Below, piece after piece: positions 20,064 through 29,064 of a stretch of 36,994 bases of DNA. The position numbers and the translations under genes were made by a program. Origin of the DNA: an uncultured Jutongia sp. (GTDB lineage: Bacteria; Bacillota; Clostridia; Lachnospirales; Lachnospiraceae). A model generated the notes under the pieces. The model worked only from the letters and a program-made list of their open reading frames with translations. It ran no database searches and had not been told where the DNA came from. The DNA lies in NCBI GenBank assembly GCA_964517955.1, contig CAZFFA010000001.1, positions 1-36,994 on the forward strand, read 5' to 3'. Each line of letters begins with the position of its first letter. Position 1 is the first letter of the stretch.

Positions 20064-20079
20064 TCGTACACCAGCGGGG
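20064..20079 (+). other. Right junction (attR-like) of the intervening element
   Basis: TCGTACACCAGC followed by GGGG (CGGGG at 20075-20079), then directly ATT GAT TAC (IDY) of the protease. Confidence 0.8.
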
Positions 20080-21516
20080 ATTGATTACACACACCCCGCT
20101 TTTGTTAATTTTGACAATACAAGCAGAATATATTCTATATGGGACCAGAGTATAGAGCCGGATGATGAAACAAGAGACAGGATTCCGGATGGATTTGATT
20201 ATGGAATAGAATATACAAGAGATGATATTGAAAGGGCACTGGAATCAGACAATCCATGGGAGATAGTCCCAAGCAGGGACAACAATGGTCATGGGACATT
20301 TGTGGCAGGTGTCGCATGTGGCAGACGGATAGAAGAGAAAAACTTTTCCGGGGTTGCACCTCTTACTGATATATGTGTTGTGAAATGTAAAGAGGCAAAG
20401 CAGTCTCTTAAGAAATTTTATAGAATTACAACCAGTGAACCGGCATATGCTGAAAGTGATATACTTCTGGCGGTGCGATATTTATGGGAAACATCAAGAA
20501 AAGCGGGCAGACCTCTTGTAATATGTATAGGAATGGGAACAAGTATGGGAGGCCATAAGCAGGGCGGAATACTTGGAAGATATTTACAGACAATAGGTGA
20601 TTACAGGGGTATTGCCGTAGTTACTGCATGTGGCAATGAAGCCAATACATCGCATCATTATAGAAGTAGTATGATGCCTCCGGGTACGGATGTTTCTGTG
20701 GAGGTGAGGGTTGGCAGCAATGACGGATTTATGATCGAATTATGGAGTGAAGCTCCGTATCTTTATTCCATTGCTCTTGTCTCGCCAAATGGCGAGTACA
20801 GCGGCAAAATTCAGGCGAGGTTAGGTGAGAAGAGAAGCATTAGTTTTTTGCTGGACAATACTGTGGTGGATATTGAATACAGGATTTTGGCATATGACAG
20901 CGGAGATGAGTGTATACAGATGAGATTTGACAATCCTTCAGAGGGAATATGGAACATACGTGCTTTCAACGAAAACAATGTAACAGGCTTTTTTGACATG
21001 TGGCTTCCTATCCAGAATTTTCTGCCGGTTACAACATATTTTTTACAGGCTGATCCCGATGTTACTTTGTGTGATCCAAGCAATAATATATATTTAATTT
21101 CTACGGCATATTATAACTCGTCCAATAGAAGTGTGGCTGTTGATTCAGGAAGAGGCTATACACGATCGGGTTATATAAAGCCCGATTTTGCATCACCCGG
21201 AATCGACATATATGGTCCTTTGCCATATGTTGGCAACAGATGTCCGGACACTGAAGAAGAAAGGGAAATATTGTCAAGATATGCTTCTATAAGTGGTTCA
21301 AGTGGTTCAACAGCCGTTACCGCGGGTGCGGCTGCACTACTTTTGGATTGGGGGATTGTCCGTAGGAATGATATAACGATGGATACGGTTACAATTCAAA
21401 AGTACATTATACGTGGTGCCAATTCATCAGGCATGAATGGAACCAACAGACTGTGGGGCAATGGAACACTCAATCTTTATGGTGTATTTGAAAGTCTTAT
21501 ACCGATGCGAAACTAA
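20080..21516 (+). CDS. Csp-type subtilisin (S8) protease, 3' fragment without its own start
   Basis: The frame is open from the junction: IDYTHPAF...SRIYSIWDQ...NGHGTFVAG (His)...ACGNEA...IKPDFASPG...SGSSGSTAVTAGAAALL (Ser)...WGNGTLNL. The ORF-track start at 20302 is an internal GTG. Confidence 0.92.
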   Translation: MDYTHPAFVNFDNTSRIYSIWDQSIEPDDETRDRIPDGFDYGIEYTRDDIERALESDNPWEIVPSRDNNGHGTFVAGVACGRRIEEKNFSGVAPLTDICVVKCKEAKQSLKKFYRITTSEPAYAESDILLAVRYLWETSRKAGRPLVICIGMGTSMGGHKQGGILGRYLQTIGDYRGIAVVTACGNEANTSHHYRSSMMPPGTDVSVEVRVGSNDGFMIELWSEAPYLYSIALVSPNGEYSGKIQARLGEKRSISFLLDNTVVDIEYRILAYDSGDECIQMRFDNPSEGIWNIRAFNENNVTGFFDMWLPIQNFLPVTTYFLQADPDVTLCDPSNNIYLISTAYYNSSNRSVAVDSGRGYTRSGYIKPDFASPGIDIYGPLPYVGNRCPDTEEEREILSRYASISGSSGSTAVTAGAAALLLDWGIVRRNDITMDTVTIQKYIIRGANSSGMNGTNRLWGNGTLNLYGVFESLIPMRN

Positions 21517-21737
21517 TTGTTATGGCTGCTATCCAGAGTTTTAACATCTCTAAGAAGCACCTTGTATCTAAGATTGGCAGCATTTATCTCATATATATAG
21601 CTGTCGATCAGGTCGGGATCGTTGACGTTTGCAAGTCCTTTATACGCATTTTCAAAATTCTGCTGTGCTTCTAATAAAGCTTTTTTTAGGAAATCTTCCT
21701 TTTTAGGGGGATTTCTTTTTTTGGCAATAAATAACAT
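21513..21737 (-). CDS. YaaL / DUF2508 family protein
   Basis: Motif NVNDPDLIDSYIYEINAANLRYKVLL; adjacent to bofA. Confidence 0.8.
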   Translation of the reverse strand: MLFIAKKRNPPKKEDFLKKALLEAQQNFENAYKGLANVNDPDLIDSYIYEINAANLRYKVLLRDVKTLDSSHNN

Positions 21738-21929
21738 AACTGGTCCTTTCTTTGTGGCGTTAGTGAGTGCACAATTTTAATGTATAGGAACTTCATATAT
21801 ATAAAGTATAGAACCATATTGGAAATTTTATGCATGTCTTTTTTTTTACTGACATAAATATTATGTATAAAAATTATACTGTTCACACCATATGTGAACA
21901 GCATATAGACAGGTTTAAGGAGGCACATT

Positions 21930-22205
21930 TTGACGAATTACATTTATTTTGTGGCATTTTTTGCGTTTTTTGTTATATTTCTCAATCTTATGGAGGTTAA
22001 AGTCACTGAAATGATTATAAATATATTTAAAAGAGTTCTTTTAGGCGTTGTATTTATTATGTTTGCCAATTATATGTTTAAGATTGCAGGAGTAAATTTT
22101 ATGGTAAATATTAACCAGGTTTCAGTGACTGTTTCTGGCATATTGGGTATAAGTGGAGTGATTTTTCTTTTTGCTTTTCAGTGGATATTAACAACTGCGT
22201 TATAA
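21930..22205 (+). CDS. bofA: Pro-sigmaK processing inhibitor BofA family protein
   Basis: Small hydrophobic protein with VNINQVSVTVSGILGISGV, matching the BofA IN...GxLGxPG pattern; TTG start after AGGAGG. Confidence 0.72.
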   Translation: MTNYIYFVAFFAFFVIFLNLMEVKVTEMIINIFKRVLLGVVFIMFANYMFKIAGVNFMVNINQVSVTVSGILGISGVIFLFAFQWILTTAL

Positions 22206-22239
22206 AATATTTGTCAACAATGCATAAAACTACATATGT

Positions 22240-22268
22240 TTGACAATGTGATGAGATGATGATATATT
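22240..22268 (+). promoter_or_regulatory. sigmaA-type promoter of the Tad locus
   Basis: TTGACA-N17-TATATT with an extended TG, 30 nt before the first ATG. Confidence 0.65.
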
Positions 22269-22298
22269 GTCGGCACACTTAGGAAAGGAGCCAGCAAT

Positions 22299-22808
22299 AT
22301 GAGTGAAACTGTTATGTTATACATATTGGTTTTAGCCGGATTGGATGATCTTAAGAATTGTAAAATCAGAAATTCTATCATTCAATCGGGGTGGATTTTA
22401 GGTGTGATGCTTCATATTCTTGATGGTACAGCAGAAAGTCTTATTTGGGGCATTGTATCTATAGCTGTTACTATAGCAGCTGCATTTCCATTGTACAGGC
22501 TTGGTGGAATTGGAGCCGGCGATATAAAACTATGGTCTGTTATAAGTCTTATATATGGTATTTGTTTTCTGGGTGAAGTGATTATATATCTTTTTCTTAT
22601 TGCAGCAGTATTTGCATTGATTAAACTTCTATGGAGCAGATCTTTGTTCGAGAGATTTTTGAATCTGTATAGATATGTTTTTGGTGGCAACGGCAGCAGT
22701 AAAAGATATTATTCATTGCAGAATGATGGTGCCGGTTATGTTATACCTATGGCACCGATAACTGCATGTGCATATTTTATCGTATTAATCAGGGGGGTAA
22801 ATTTTTGA
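22299..22808 (+). CDS. A24 family prepilin peptidase (CpaA/TadV-like)
   Basis: Motifs DDLKNCKIRN, GIGAGDIKL and IPMAP; multi-TM. Confidence 0.85.
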   Translation: MSETVMLYILVLAGLDDLKNCKIRNSIIQSGWILGVMLHILDGTAESLIWGIVSIAVTIAAAFPLYRLGGIGAGDIKLWSVISLIYGICFLGEVIIYLFLIAAVFALIKLLWSRSLFERFLNLYRYVFGGNGSSKRYYSLQNDGAGYVIPMAPITACAYFIVLIRGVNF

Positions 22809-23728
22809 AAAAAATGAAAATAGCTTTATTGGAGGATATTTCATATTCCAGATGTTTTTCAGAGTATATAAGTCATAGAAAAAATGCACTTATAGATATA
22901 CAGATATTCACAAGTATTGAAAGTATCAGACAATACATTGCTGACAATGTGATAAATATTCTTCTGGTGGGGCAGGAGCTGGTCAATGAAATATCAGGAA
23001 GCAGTCATGTAGAGAAGATTATAGTTCTAACAGAAGGAAACTGTGTTGGCGAATATACGCAATATCCTGTTATATTCAAATATCAATCTGTAGAGGTCAT
23101 CATAAAAGAGGTTTTTAATATAATAGCGGATGATGAAAGCATATCGGAATGTGGTCCCAAATACTTAAGAAGCAGTAAAGAACTAATCGGTTTGTTTTCT
23201 CCTTTTGGTGGAAGCAGCATATCAATGTTTTCATTACAGCTTGCAAAGCAGTTGATAAGGGTAAAAAAGACGTTATATATCAATCTCGAAGCATTTGACG
23301 GACATGATATGAGGAAAGATGGCAATGAATATGTAAGAGGAATGTCGGAGGTTGTATTTTATATAAGGCAGAACAAAGGGAAGCTTGGCATGAAGATACA
23401 GTCGCTTATACAGAATTATGATAGCTGTGACTGTCTTTTCCCTGTAGATGATTACAGGGATCTTTACAGTATGACAGATAAGGACATGACAAGACTGGTA
23501 AATGTATTGTCCGAGGAAACAGACTATGACACGATAATATTTGACATTGGATATCTTGGAGAATCATCATTATCTTTGATGAAGATGTGTGACAAGCTTA
23601 TACTTCCAAAGGTGGAGAATGGTGTTCAGAGAAATAAGCAGGAGGCATTTGAAAGACTTCTTGTACGGGAAGGAATGGAAAGGACTATGTCAAATATCCA
23701 TTGTGTAAGTATGTGTGGATATGTATAG
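22805..23728 (+). CDS. TadZ/CpaE-like pilus assembly protein (degenerate receiver plus MinD-like domain)
   Basis: Motifs IFKYQS, degenerate P-loop FSPFGGS, LYINLE and YDTIIFD. Probable TTG start at 22805 overlaps the upstream stop. Confidence 0.7.
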   Translation: MKKMKIALLEDISYSRCFSEYISHRKNALIDIQIFTSIESIRQYIADNVINILLVGQELVNEISGSSHVEKIIVLTEGNCVGEYTQYPVIFKYQSVEVIIKEVFNIIADDESISECGPKYLRSSKELIGLFSPFGGSSISMFSLQLAKQLIRVKKTLYINLEAFDGHDMRKDGNEYVRGMSEVVFYIRQNKGKLGMKIQSLIQNYDSCDCLFPVDDYRDLYSMTDKDMTRLVNVLSEETDYDTIIFDIGYLGESSLSLMKMCDKLILPKVENGVQRNKQEAFERLLVREGMERTMSNIHCVSMCGYV

Positions 23729-23748
23729 GGATAAAAGGATGAATTTAA

Positions 23749-24996
23749 CGGAGGGAAAATGATATTACATATGAGGAATTAGAAGAGAAAAAGGAACTTT
23801 TAAGAGAGAATATATTAGGTGTAATAAATAATGAATATGCTGCATCTGATGAAAGAATACACGACATAATTGAGGAACATGTCCTTGAAATGGGACATAA
23901 GACATATCTTTCTGTAGTAGAAAAGGAATACATTATAAAAAGCATATATAACTCTATAAGAGGTTTTGATGTATTGCAGGATATAATTGACGATCCTGCT
24001 GTTACCGAGATAATGGTCAATGGAACAAGTCATATATTTGTCGAGAAAAATGGAGCAATAAGTGAATATTTATATAGATTTTCAGACAAAGCGAGACTGG
24101 AGAATGTTATTCAGCAGATAGTATCGAAAGTTAATCGTATGGTGAATGAAGCAAGTCCTATTGTAGATGTAAGACTTCTTGACGGTTCCAGAGTAAATAT
24201 TGTTTTGCCGCCTATAGCTCTTGACGGTCCTGTAATCACAATACGTAAGTTTCCGGAGAAACCTATAACTATGGACGGGCTTGTTAGTATTGGTTCCATC
24301 ACACAGGAAGCAGCGGAGTTTATGAAGAAGCTTGTAAAAGCCAAGTACAATGTGATTGTCAGTGGCGGGACAGGTTCAGGAAAGACCACGCTGTTAAATG
24401 CTTTGTCAAATTATATTCCCACAGATGAAAGAATAATCACAATTGAAGACTCGGCAGAGCTGCAGATACGTAATGTTCCAAATCTCGTAAGACTTGAGAC
24501 ACGAAATGCCAATGTGGAAGGAAAGAATGAGATTACAATACGGGATCTGATCAAGTCATGTTTGAGGATGAGGCCTGACAGAATAATCGTCGGCGAAACA
24601 AGAGATGCATCTGCACTTGATATGCTGCAGGCATTTTCAACAGGTGCTGACGGAAGTTTAAGTACAATACATTCAAATTCAGCAAAGGATTCTCTTAAAC
24701 GACTTGAAACTCTTATTCTTATGGGAAAGGACATGCCTCTTGCGGCTGTAAGAAATAATATAGCGTCAGCCATAGATATAACGATACAGCTTGGAAGACT
24801 TCGTGATAAATCAAGAAGAGTGCTTGAAATATCTGAAATACTTGAAGTGGACAATGGTGAGATAGAGATTAATCCACTTTATGTATTCAGAGAGGAAGGA
24901 GAAAGCGAAGCAGGTAAGGTTCTTGGAAAACTTGTTTCAACAGGAAACAGATTAAAGAATACAAGAAAATTAAGCTTTGCAGGAATAGAGGTGTAG
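23749..24996 (+). CDS. cpaF: Tad pilus assembly ATPase CpaF/TadA (true start unresolved; the frame is open from 23749, first ATG at 23890)
   Basis: Motifs EIMVNG, SGGTGSGKTT, ITIEDSAEL, LRMRPDRIIVGE and STIHSNS. Confidence 0.92.
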   Translation, partial: RRENDITYEELEEKKELLRENILGVINNEYAASDERIHDIIEEHVLEMGHKTYLSVVEKEYIIKSIYNSIRGFDVLQDIIDDPAVTEIMVNGTSHIFVEKNGAISEYLYRFSDKARLENVIQQIVSKVNRMVNEASPIVDVRLLDGSRVNIVLPPIALDGPVITIRKFPEKPITMDGLVSIGSITQEAAEFMKKLVKAKYNVIVSGGTGSGKTTLLNALSNYIPTDERIITIEDSAELQIRNVPNLVRLETRNANVEGKNEITIRDLIKSCLRMRPDRIIVGETRDASALDMLQAFSTGADGSLSTIHSNSAKDSLKRLETLILMGKDMPLAAVRNNIASAIDITIQLGRLRDKSRRVLEISEILEVDNGEIEINPLYVFREEGESEAGKVLGKLVSTGNRLKNTRKLSFAGIEV

Positions 24997-25002
24997 ATTT
25001 AT

Positions 25003-25743
25003 TTGAGCAGATCCGGAATAAGAATAAAAGTTGATATCTGCGATATAAAATCATTTTTGAAAGGTTTTTTTAAAAGCGGTATCGTTTTGTATCTGTTTTA
25101 CAGGTCAGCAGTTATAGTTGTAGTATGTGCAGCTTTTTATGGGGTATATAGCATACCTTTGGAAAGAAAAAAGCGTATAGCAAAGTGGCGATGGCGGATA
25201 AACCTTGAATTTAAAGAGGTAATGCTTGGCATTGCAGCATCGCTTAATGCCGGATATTCGATTGAGAATGCATTTGAAGAGTCAATAAAGGATTTAAGAA
25301 TATTGTATGGCGAGGAATCAGAACTTGCTGGTGAGATTGAACAGATGGTCTGTAAAATAAGGCTTAATCAGCCAATTGAAAAAATTCTGATGGAATTTGC
25401 TGAGTATACAAAGGTAGATGATATATACAGTTTTGCAGAAGTATTCAAGACAGCAAAAAAGACGGGTGGAGACTTGATAGAAATTGCCAGATCAACAGCA
25501 TCAAGGATAAGCAGCAGGATAGAAGTAAAAAGAGAGATAAAAACACTTCTTGCCGGTAAAAGTATGGAGGGTAAGATTATGAATTACATTCCACTTGGGA
25601 TTATAGTTTATTTCTGGATATGTTCACCGGGTTTTCTGGACTGTCTGTATATATCATCAGGGAGAATAGTTATGAGTGTACTTCTTGCGATATATATTCT
25701 GGCTTTTAAGTGGAATGAAAGGATAATGGATATTGAAGTATAA
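25003..25743 (+). CDS. TadB-like platform protein (T2SS F domain)
   Basis: Motifs SLNAGYSIENAF and FAEVFKTAKKTGGDL; follows cpaF. Confidence 0.82.
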   Translation: MSRSGIRIKVDICDIKSFLKGFFKSGIVLYLFYRSAVIVVVCAAFYGVYSIPLERKKRIAKWRWRINLEFKEVMLGIAASLNAGYSIENAFEESIKDLRILYGEESELAGEIEQMVCKIRLNQPIEKILMEFAEYTKVDDIYSFAEVFKTAKKTGGDLIEIARSTASRISSRIEVKREIKTLLAGKSMEGKIMNYIPLGIIVYFWICSPGFLDCLYISSGRIVMSVLLAIYILAFKWNERIMDIEV

Positions 25744-27196
25744 GTATATGACAGCGAGTATATGTATTGCGGCTGCAGTCACAATAATCGGTTTCGTGAT
25801 ATATATGGGTTATATGTACATAAAAAAATATCATCAGAAGGAGAAAGCAAATATATTGTTTTGTGCCGTAGATTATATATATGAATGTCTGATATTAAGA
25901 TTTAATGTGTCCATGAATATGGACAGAATGGAAAGGCTCAGAAAAATCAATGTTGGGGCAGACGATAAGGAGATAACGAAAAGATATTATACCAAAATAA
26001 TTACAATATTTATATGTATATTGTTATGCGTTTCTATAATGGTTCCGGTTGTTATCCTGTCTTCAGAGGCGAAAGATATCATATACAGCAATTATTTTAT
26101 AGAAAAAGACAAAACAGGAGGAACAGACAAGGAAGTTAATATCCGTACAAGGATTGCTGATAAAGAGAAGGAGGTCAGGATAAATGTACCGGCAAGAGTT
26201 TATTCAGATGATGAACTGAAAAGAAAATTAAAAGAGGCAAAAAAGTATATTAATGATCGATTTCTTGCATCCAATAAGTCTAAAGATAATATTACAGCAG
26301 ACCTTAATTTTGTACAGGCAGTTCCTGACAGCGAAATCATAGTAAACTGGGCTGGAGACGCAGAGGGATATATTGATGATGATGGGAAGGTTAGTTTAGG
26401 CGGACTTGAAGAGCCAAAACAGGTTGAGGTAAGTGCAACACTGCAATATCTGGAATACACTGAAGACATAATATATCAGCTTACAGTTAATCCTCCAAAG
26501 AAAAACAGTGAGGAGTCAGTATGGGACCTTTGGGAAAAGACTCTTAAAATTCTGACAGATAGAACTACATCACAAAAATACCTGCAGCTTCCATCAGAAA
26601 TTTCGGGATATAAGGTTTCATATCGTGAGAATGAAGATTATTCATATATATACGTTTTTTTGCTGGGAGTATTTTGTATTATACTTGTTCCTTTTGTGCT
26701 TGAAAGCAGAACAAAAGCTTCTATAGAAAATAGAGATAAAGAACTTAGGAGGGATTATCCCGAACTTGTTGAAAAATTTATCCTTCTTATAGGAGCAGGA
26801 TTAAATGTAAAAGGAGCATGGCTTAGAATAACCAATGAGTATATTGGCAAAAGAGAAAAAGATGGTACAAAATTATATGCATATGAGGAGATGCTTGTAA
26901 CAAGATATCAGATTGAAAATGGTATGACAGAACTTAAAGCGTATGAACTTTTTGGACGAAGAATTGGTTTACTGCCTTATATGAAATTCAGTACATTGCT
27001 CACACAGAATCTGCGAAAAGGGACATCTGATATGCTTAGAATTTTGGAATACGAGGCAATAGATATAATGAATGAAAAAAAGGAAAACGCAAAGATACTT
27101 GGTGAAGAAGCGAGTACAAAACTGTTGCTGCCAATGATGTTAATGATGTTAGAAGTATTTGCAATCATAATATATGCAGCATTCCAGAGTATGTAA
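25733..27196 (+). CDS. TadC-like platform protein with a large extracellular insertion
   Basis: C-terminal DYPELVEKFILLIGAG, QNLRKG and GEEASTKLLLPM motifs. The start may be 25748. Confidence 0.8.
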   Translation: MKYKYMTASICIAAAVTIIGFVIYMGYMYIKKYHQKEKANILFCAVDYIYECLILRFNVSMNMDRMERLRKINVGADDKEITKRYYTKIITIFICILLCVSIMVPVVILSSEAKDIIYSNYFIEKDKTGGTDKEVNIRTRIADKEKEVRINVPARVYSDDELKRKLKEAKKYINDRFLASNKSKDNITADLNFVQAVPDSEIIVNWAGDAEGYIDDDGKVSLGGLEEPKQVEVSATLQYLEYTEDIIYQLTVNPPKKNSEESVWDLWEKTLKILTDRTTSQKYLQLPSEISGYKVSYRENEDYSYIYVFLLGVFCIILVPFVLESRTKASIENRDKELRRDYPELVEKFILLIGAGLNVKGAWLRITNEYIGKREKDGTKLYAYEEMLVTRYQIENGMTELKAYELFGRRIGLLPYMKFSTLLTQNLRKGTSDMLRILEYEAIDIMNEKKENAKILGEEASTKLLLPMMLMMLEVFAIIIYAAFQSM

Positions 27197-27242
27197 GTTA
27201 TGGGTAAGGTTAGAAATGTTTAGGAAAGAGAGGTATACATTT

Positions 27243-27443
27243 ATGATGAAAGTGATTGAAGATTTTTGGAATGAAGAAGATGGAATAGGAGTAGTTGAGA
27301 TAATATTAATCCTTGTTGTACTTATTATGCTTATAGTTATATTCAGAGAACAGATAACTAAAATAGTTAAAAGTGCGTTCACACAGATAAACAGTGGTGC
27401 TGGAAAGATCAACACAAATATTTCTATTGGGAATAGTAAGTAG
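27243..27443 (+). CDS. Flp1-like type IVb/IVc major pilin
   Basis: FWNEEDG|IGVVEIILILVVLI shows G(-1), E(+5) and a hydrophobic helix; AGAGAGG RBS upstream. Confidence 0.88.
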   Translation: MMKVIEDFWNEEDGIGVVEIILILVVLIMLIVIFREQITKIVKSAFTQINSGAGKINTNISIGNSK

Positions 27444-27447
27444 CGGT

Positions 27448-29064
27448 ATGAAAAGGGATGGCAGCATAACGGTATCTCTTACTCTGATATTTATTGTAAT
27501 CATGTCACTCATAACAGCAGTTATAGAAAATACAAGAGTATTGTCATCCGATGCATATGTCTCTGTCGCAGCAAATTCTGCGGCAGAGATGGTTATGGGA
27601 CAATACAACAAAGAACTTTATGATGAATATAAGTTATTTGGATATGGTGGATATAACGGGATGGGTGAGATTGATATCAATGAGGAATTTATGGAATTTT
27701 TAAAGGACAATCTTACAGTGTGTCCGCCTGATCCGTATAAATCATATTCCAATATCTACAGACTGAGTGATATTGATTCAGAGATAATCAGGTGTATGAA
27801 AATATCAGAGGGAGAATATCTTGATGAACAAATATCAGAATATCTTAAGTTATCTGTAATTGATGATATAAAGGATTCTCTTTCCGGCAAAGACAGGGCT
27901 TCAAATAAAGATATTGATACAGGTGCATTGAATGTGACAGATGACTATGAGAATGGTAAGTATGATGATAAGGACAATATTAAGGACAGTACAACAGGAA
28001 AAGATAAAAAAGACGATGGTGGAAAGAATACAAAAAAGGATGGCGGTGCTGATAAAGAAAAAAATGAACTGGCAAAAGACAGTGCGGGCGGAAATCCTTT
28101 AAAAAGTCTTAAGGACATTGTTAAAAATGGTATTTTATCATTGGTATGTGATGAGTCAAAAGTATCTTCTGGTCAGATTGTACCAAGAACTGAAGGTGAG
28201 GGTACAGATAAAAAAGAAACAGTCAGAAAAAAATTTAGTGCAGGAGGGTATCTTAGTGGGTATATAGATGATAATAAGTGTTCAGACGCAGACGTGCCGG
28301 AACAAAAAGGGAGTTTATCATCAGGAACATCTAAAGTCAGATATATTACATATGCAAAAAATATGTTTTCATCATATATCAATAACCTGAATAAAACCGT
28401 TGACTATGGCAGGGAGTATATGGCAGCAGGAAAGTTAAGCGAGAAAGATAATCTTCTGTATGTAGTGAACAGGCTCATGGTTATGCGTATGGGGATAAAC
28501 TTTGCATATATTATGTCAGATGCGGTTTTGCAGGAAAAAGCACTTGCGACGGCAACAGTTATTGCCGGGGTGACGGGACTTCCACCCGTAATTACGGCTG
28601 TTAAATACACTATTCTTACTATACTTGCTTATGAGGAATCATGTGTTGATGTGTGTGCACTTCTTCAGAAAAAATCCATTCCGATGATAAAAAAAGCAGA
28701 GAATTTCAAGATGACATATGAGGAGATATGTCTTGGCTCAGGAAAACTTTTCAGACAAAAAGCAATGCAGTATTCTGATGCGGCAAAAGGAAAAATTGAC
28801 GGTGGTTTTACATATGAAAAAGGAATTGTACTACTTCAGATGCTTGTGCCGGCTGATATTATGAAAGAACGCATATTAGACATAATCCAATATGATATGA
28901 GAGAAAGGTTCCAGGCAACATTTTGTATAGATACGTGTATATGTTTTGCTGAATATAAAGTGACATATGATATACCATTTGCATATTCGTATCTTCATAA
29001 ATATAGTGATGGCGGAATGGTGACAAAAAGAGAGGTTAAAACAGTATATGAATATAAAAGCTAA
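27448..29064 (+). CDS. DUF5702 / TadG-like minor pilin
   Basis: MKRDG|SITVSLTLIF pilin-like leader; YNKELYDEYKLF and EYMAAGKLSEKDNL patterns. Confidence 0.72.
   Translation: MKRDGSITVSLTLIFIVIMSLITAVIENTRVLSSDAYVSVAANSAAEMVMGQYNKELYDEYKLFGYGGYNGMGEIDINEEFMEFLKDNLTVCPPDPYKSYSNIYRLSDIDSEIIRCMKISEGEYLDEQISEYLKLSVIDDIKDSLSGKDRASNKDIDTGALNVTDDYENGKYDDKDNIKDSTTGKDKKDDGGKNTKKDGGADKEKNELAKDSAGGNPLKSLKDIVKNGILSLVCDESKVSSGQIVPRTEGEGTDKKETVRKKFSAGGYLSGYIDDNKCSDADVPEQKGSLSSGTSKVRYITYAKNMFSSYINNLNKTVDYGREYMAAGKLSEKDNLLYVVNRLMVMRMGINFAYIMSDAVLQEKALATATVIAGVTGLPPVITAVKYTILTILAYEESCVDVCALLQKKSIPMIKKAENFKMTYEEICLGSGKLFRQKAMQYSDAAKGKIDGGFTYEKGIVLLQMLVPADIMKERILDIIQYDMRERFQATFCIDTCICFAEYKVTYDIPFAYSYLHKYSDGGMVTKREVKTVYEYKS

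Larger units (their letters stand above)
11604..20079. mobile_element. 8,476-bp gene-intervening element (skin-like) inside the Csp protease gene; no recombinase or transposase recognised inside
   Basis: It separates two in-frame halves of one gene and is bounded by a CGGGG direct repeat and GCTGGTGT/ACACCAGC inverted repeats. Confidence 0.82.

Noticed and set aside
11601-20079. Translational bypass (matching GGG codons plus a nearby stop) or a self-splicing intron as the joining mechanism
   Set aside because: 8.5 kb of translated genes is far beyond known hop distances. No group I/II intron ends or maturase are visible. RNA-level joining is not formally excluded without DNA versus cDNA tests.
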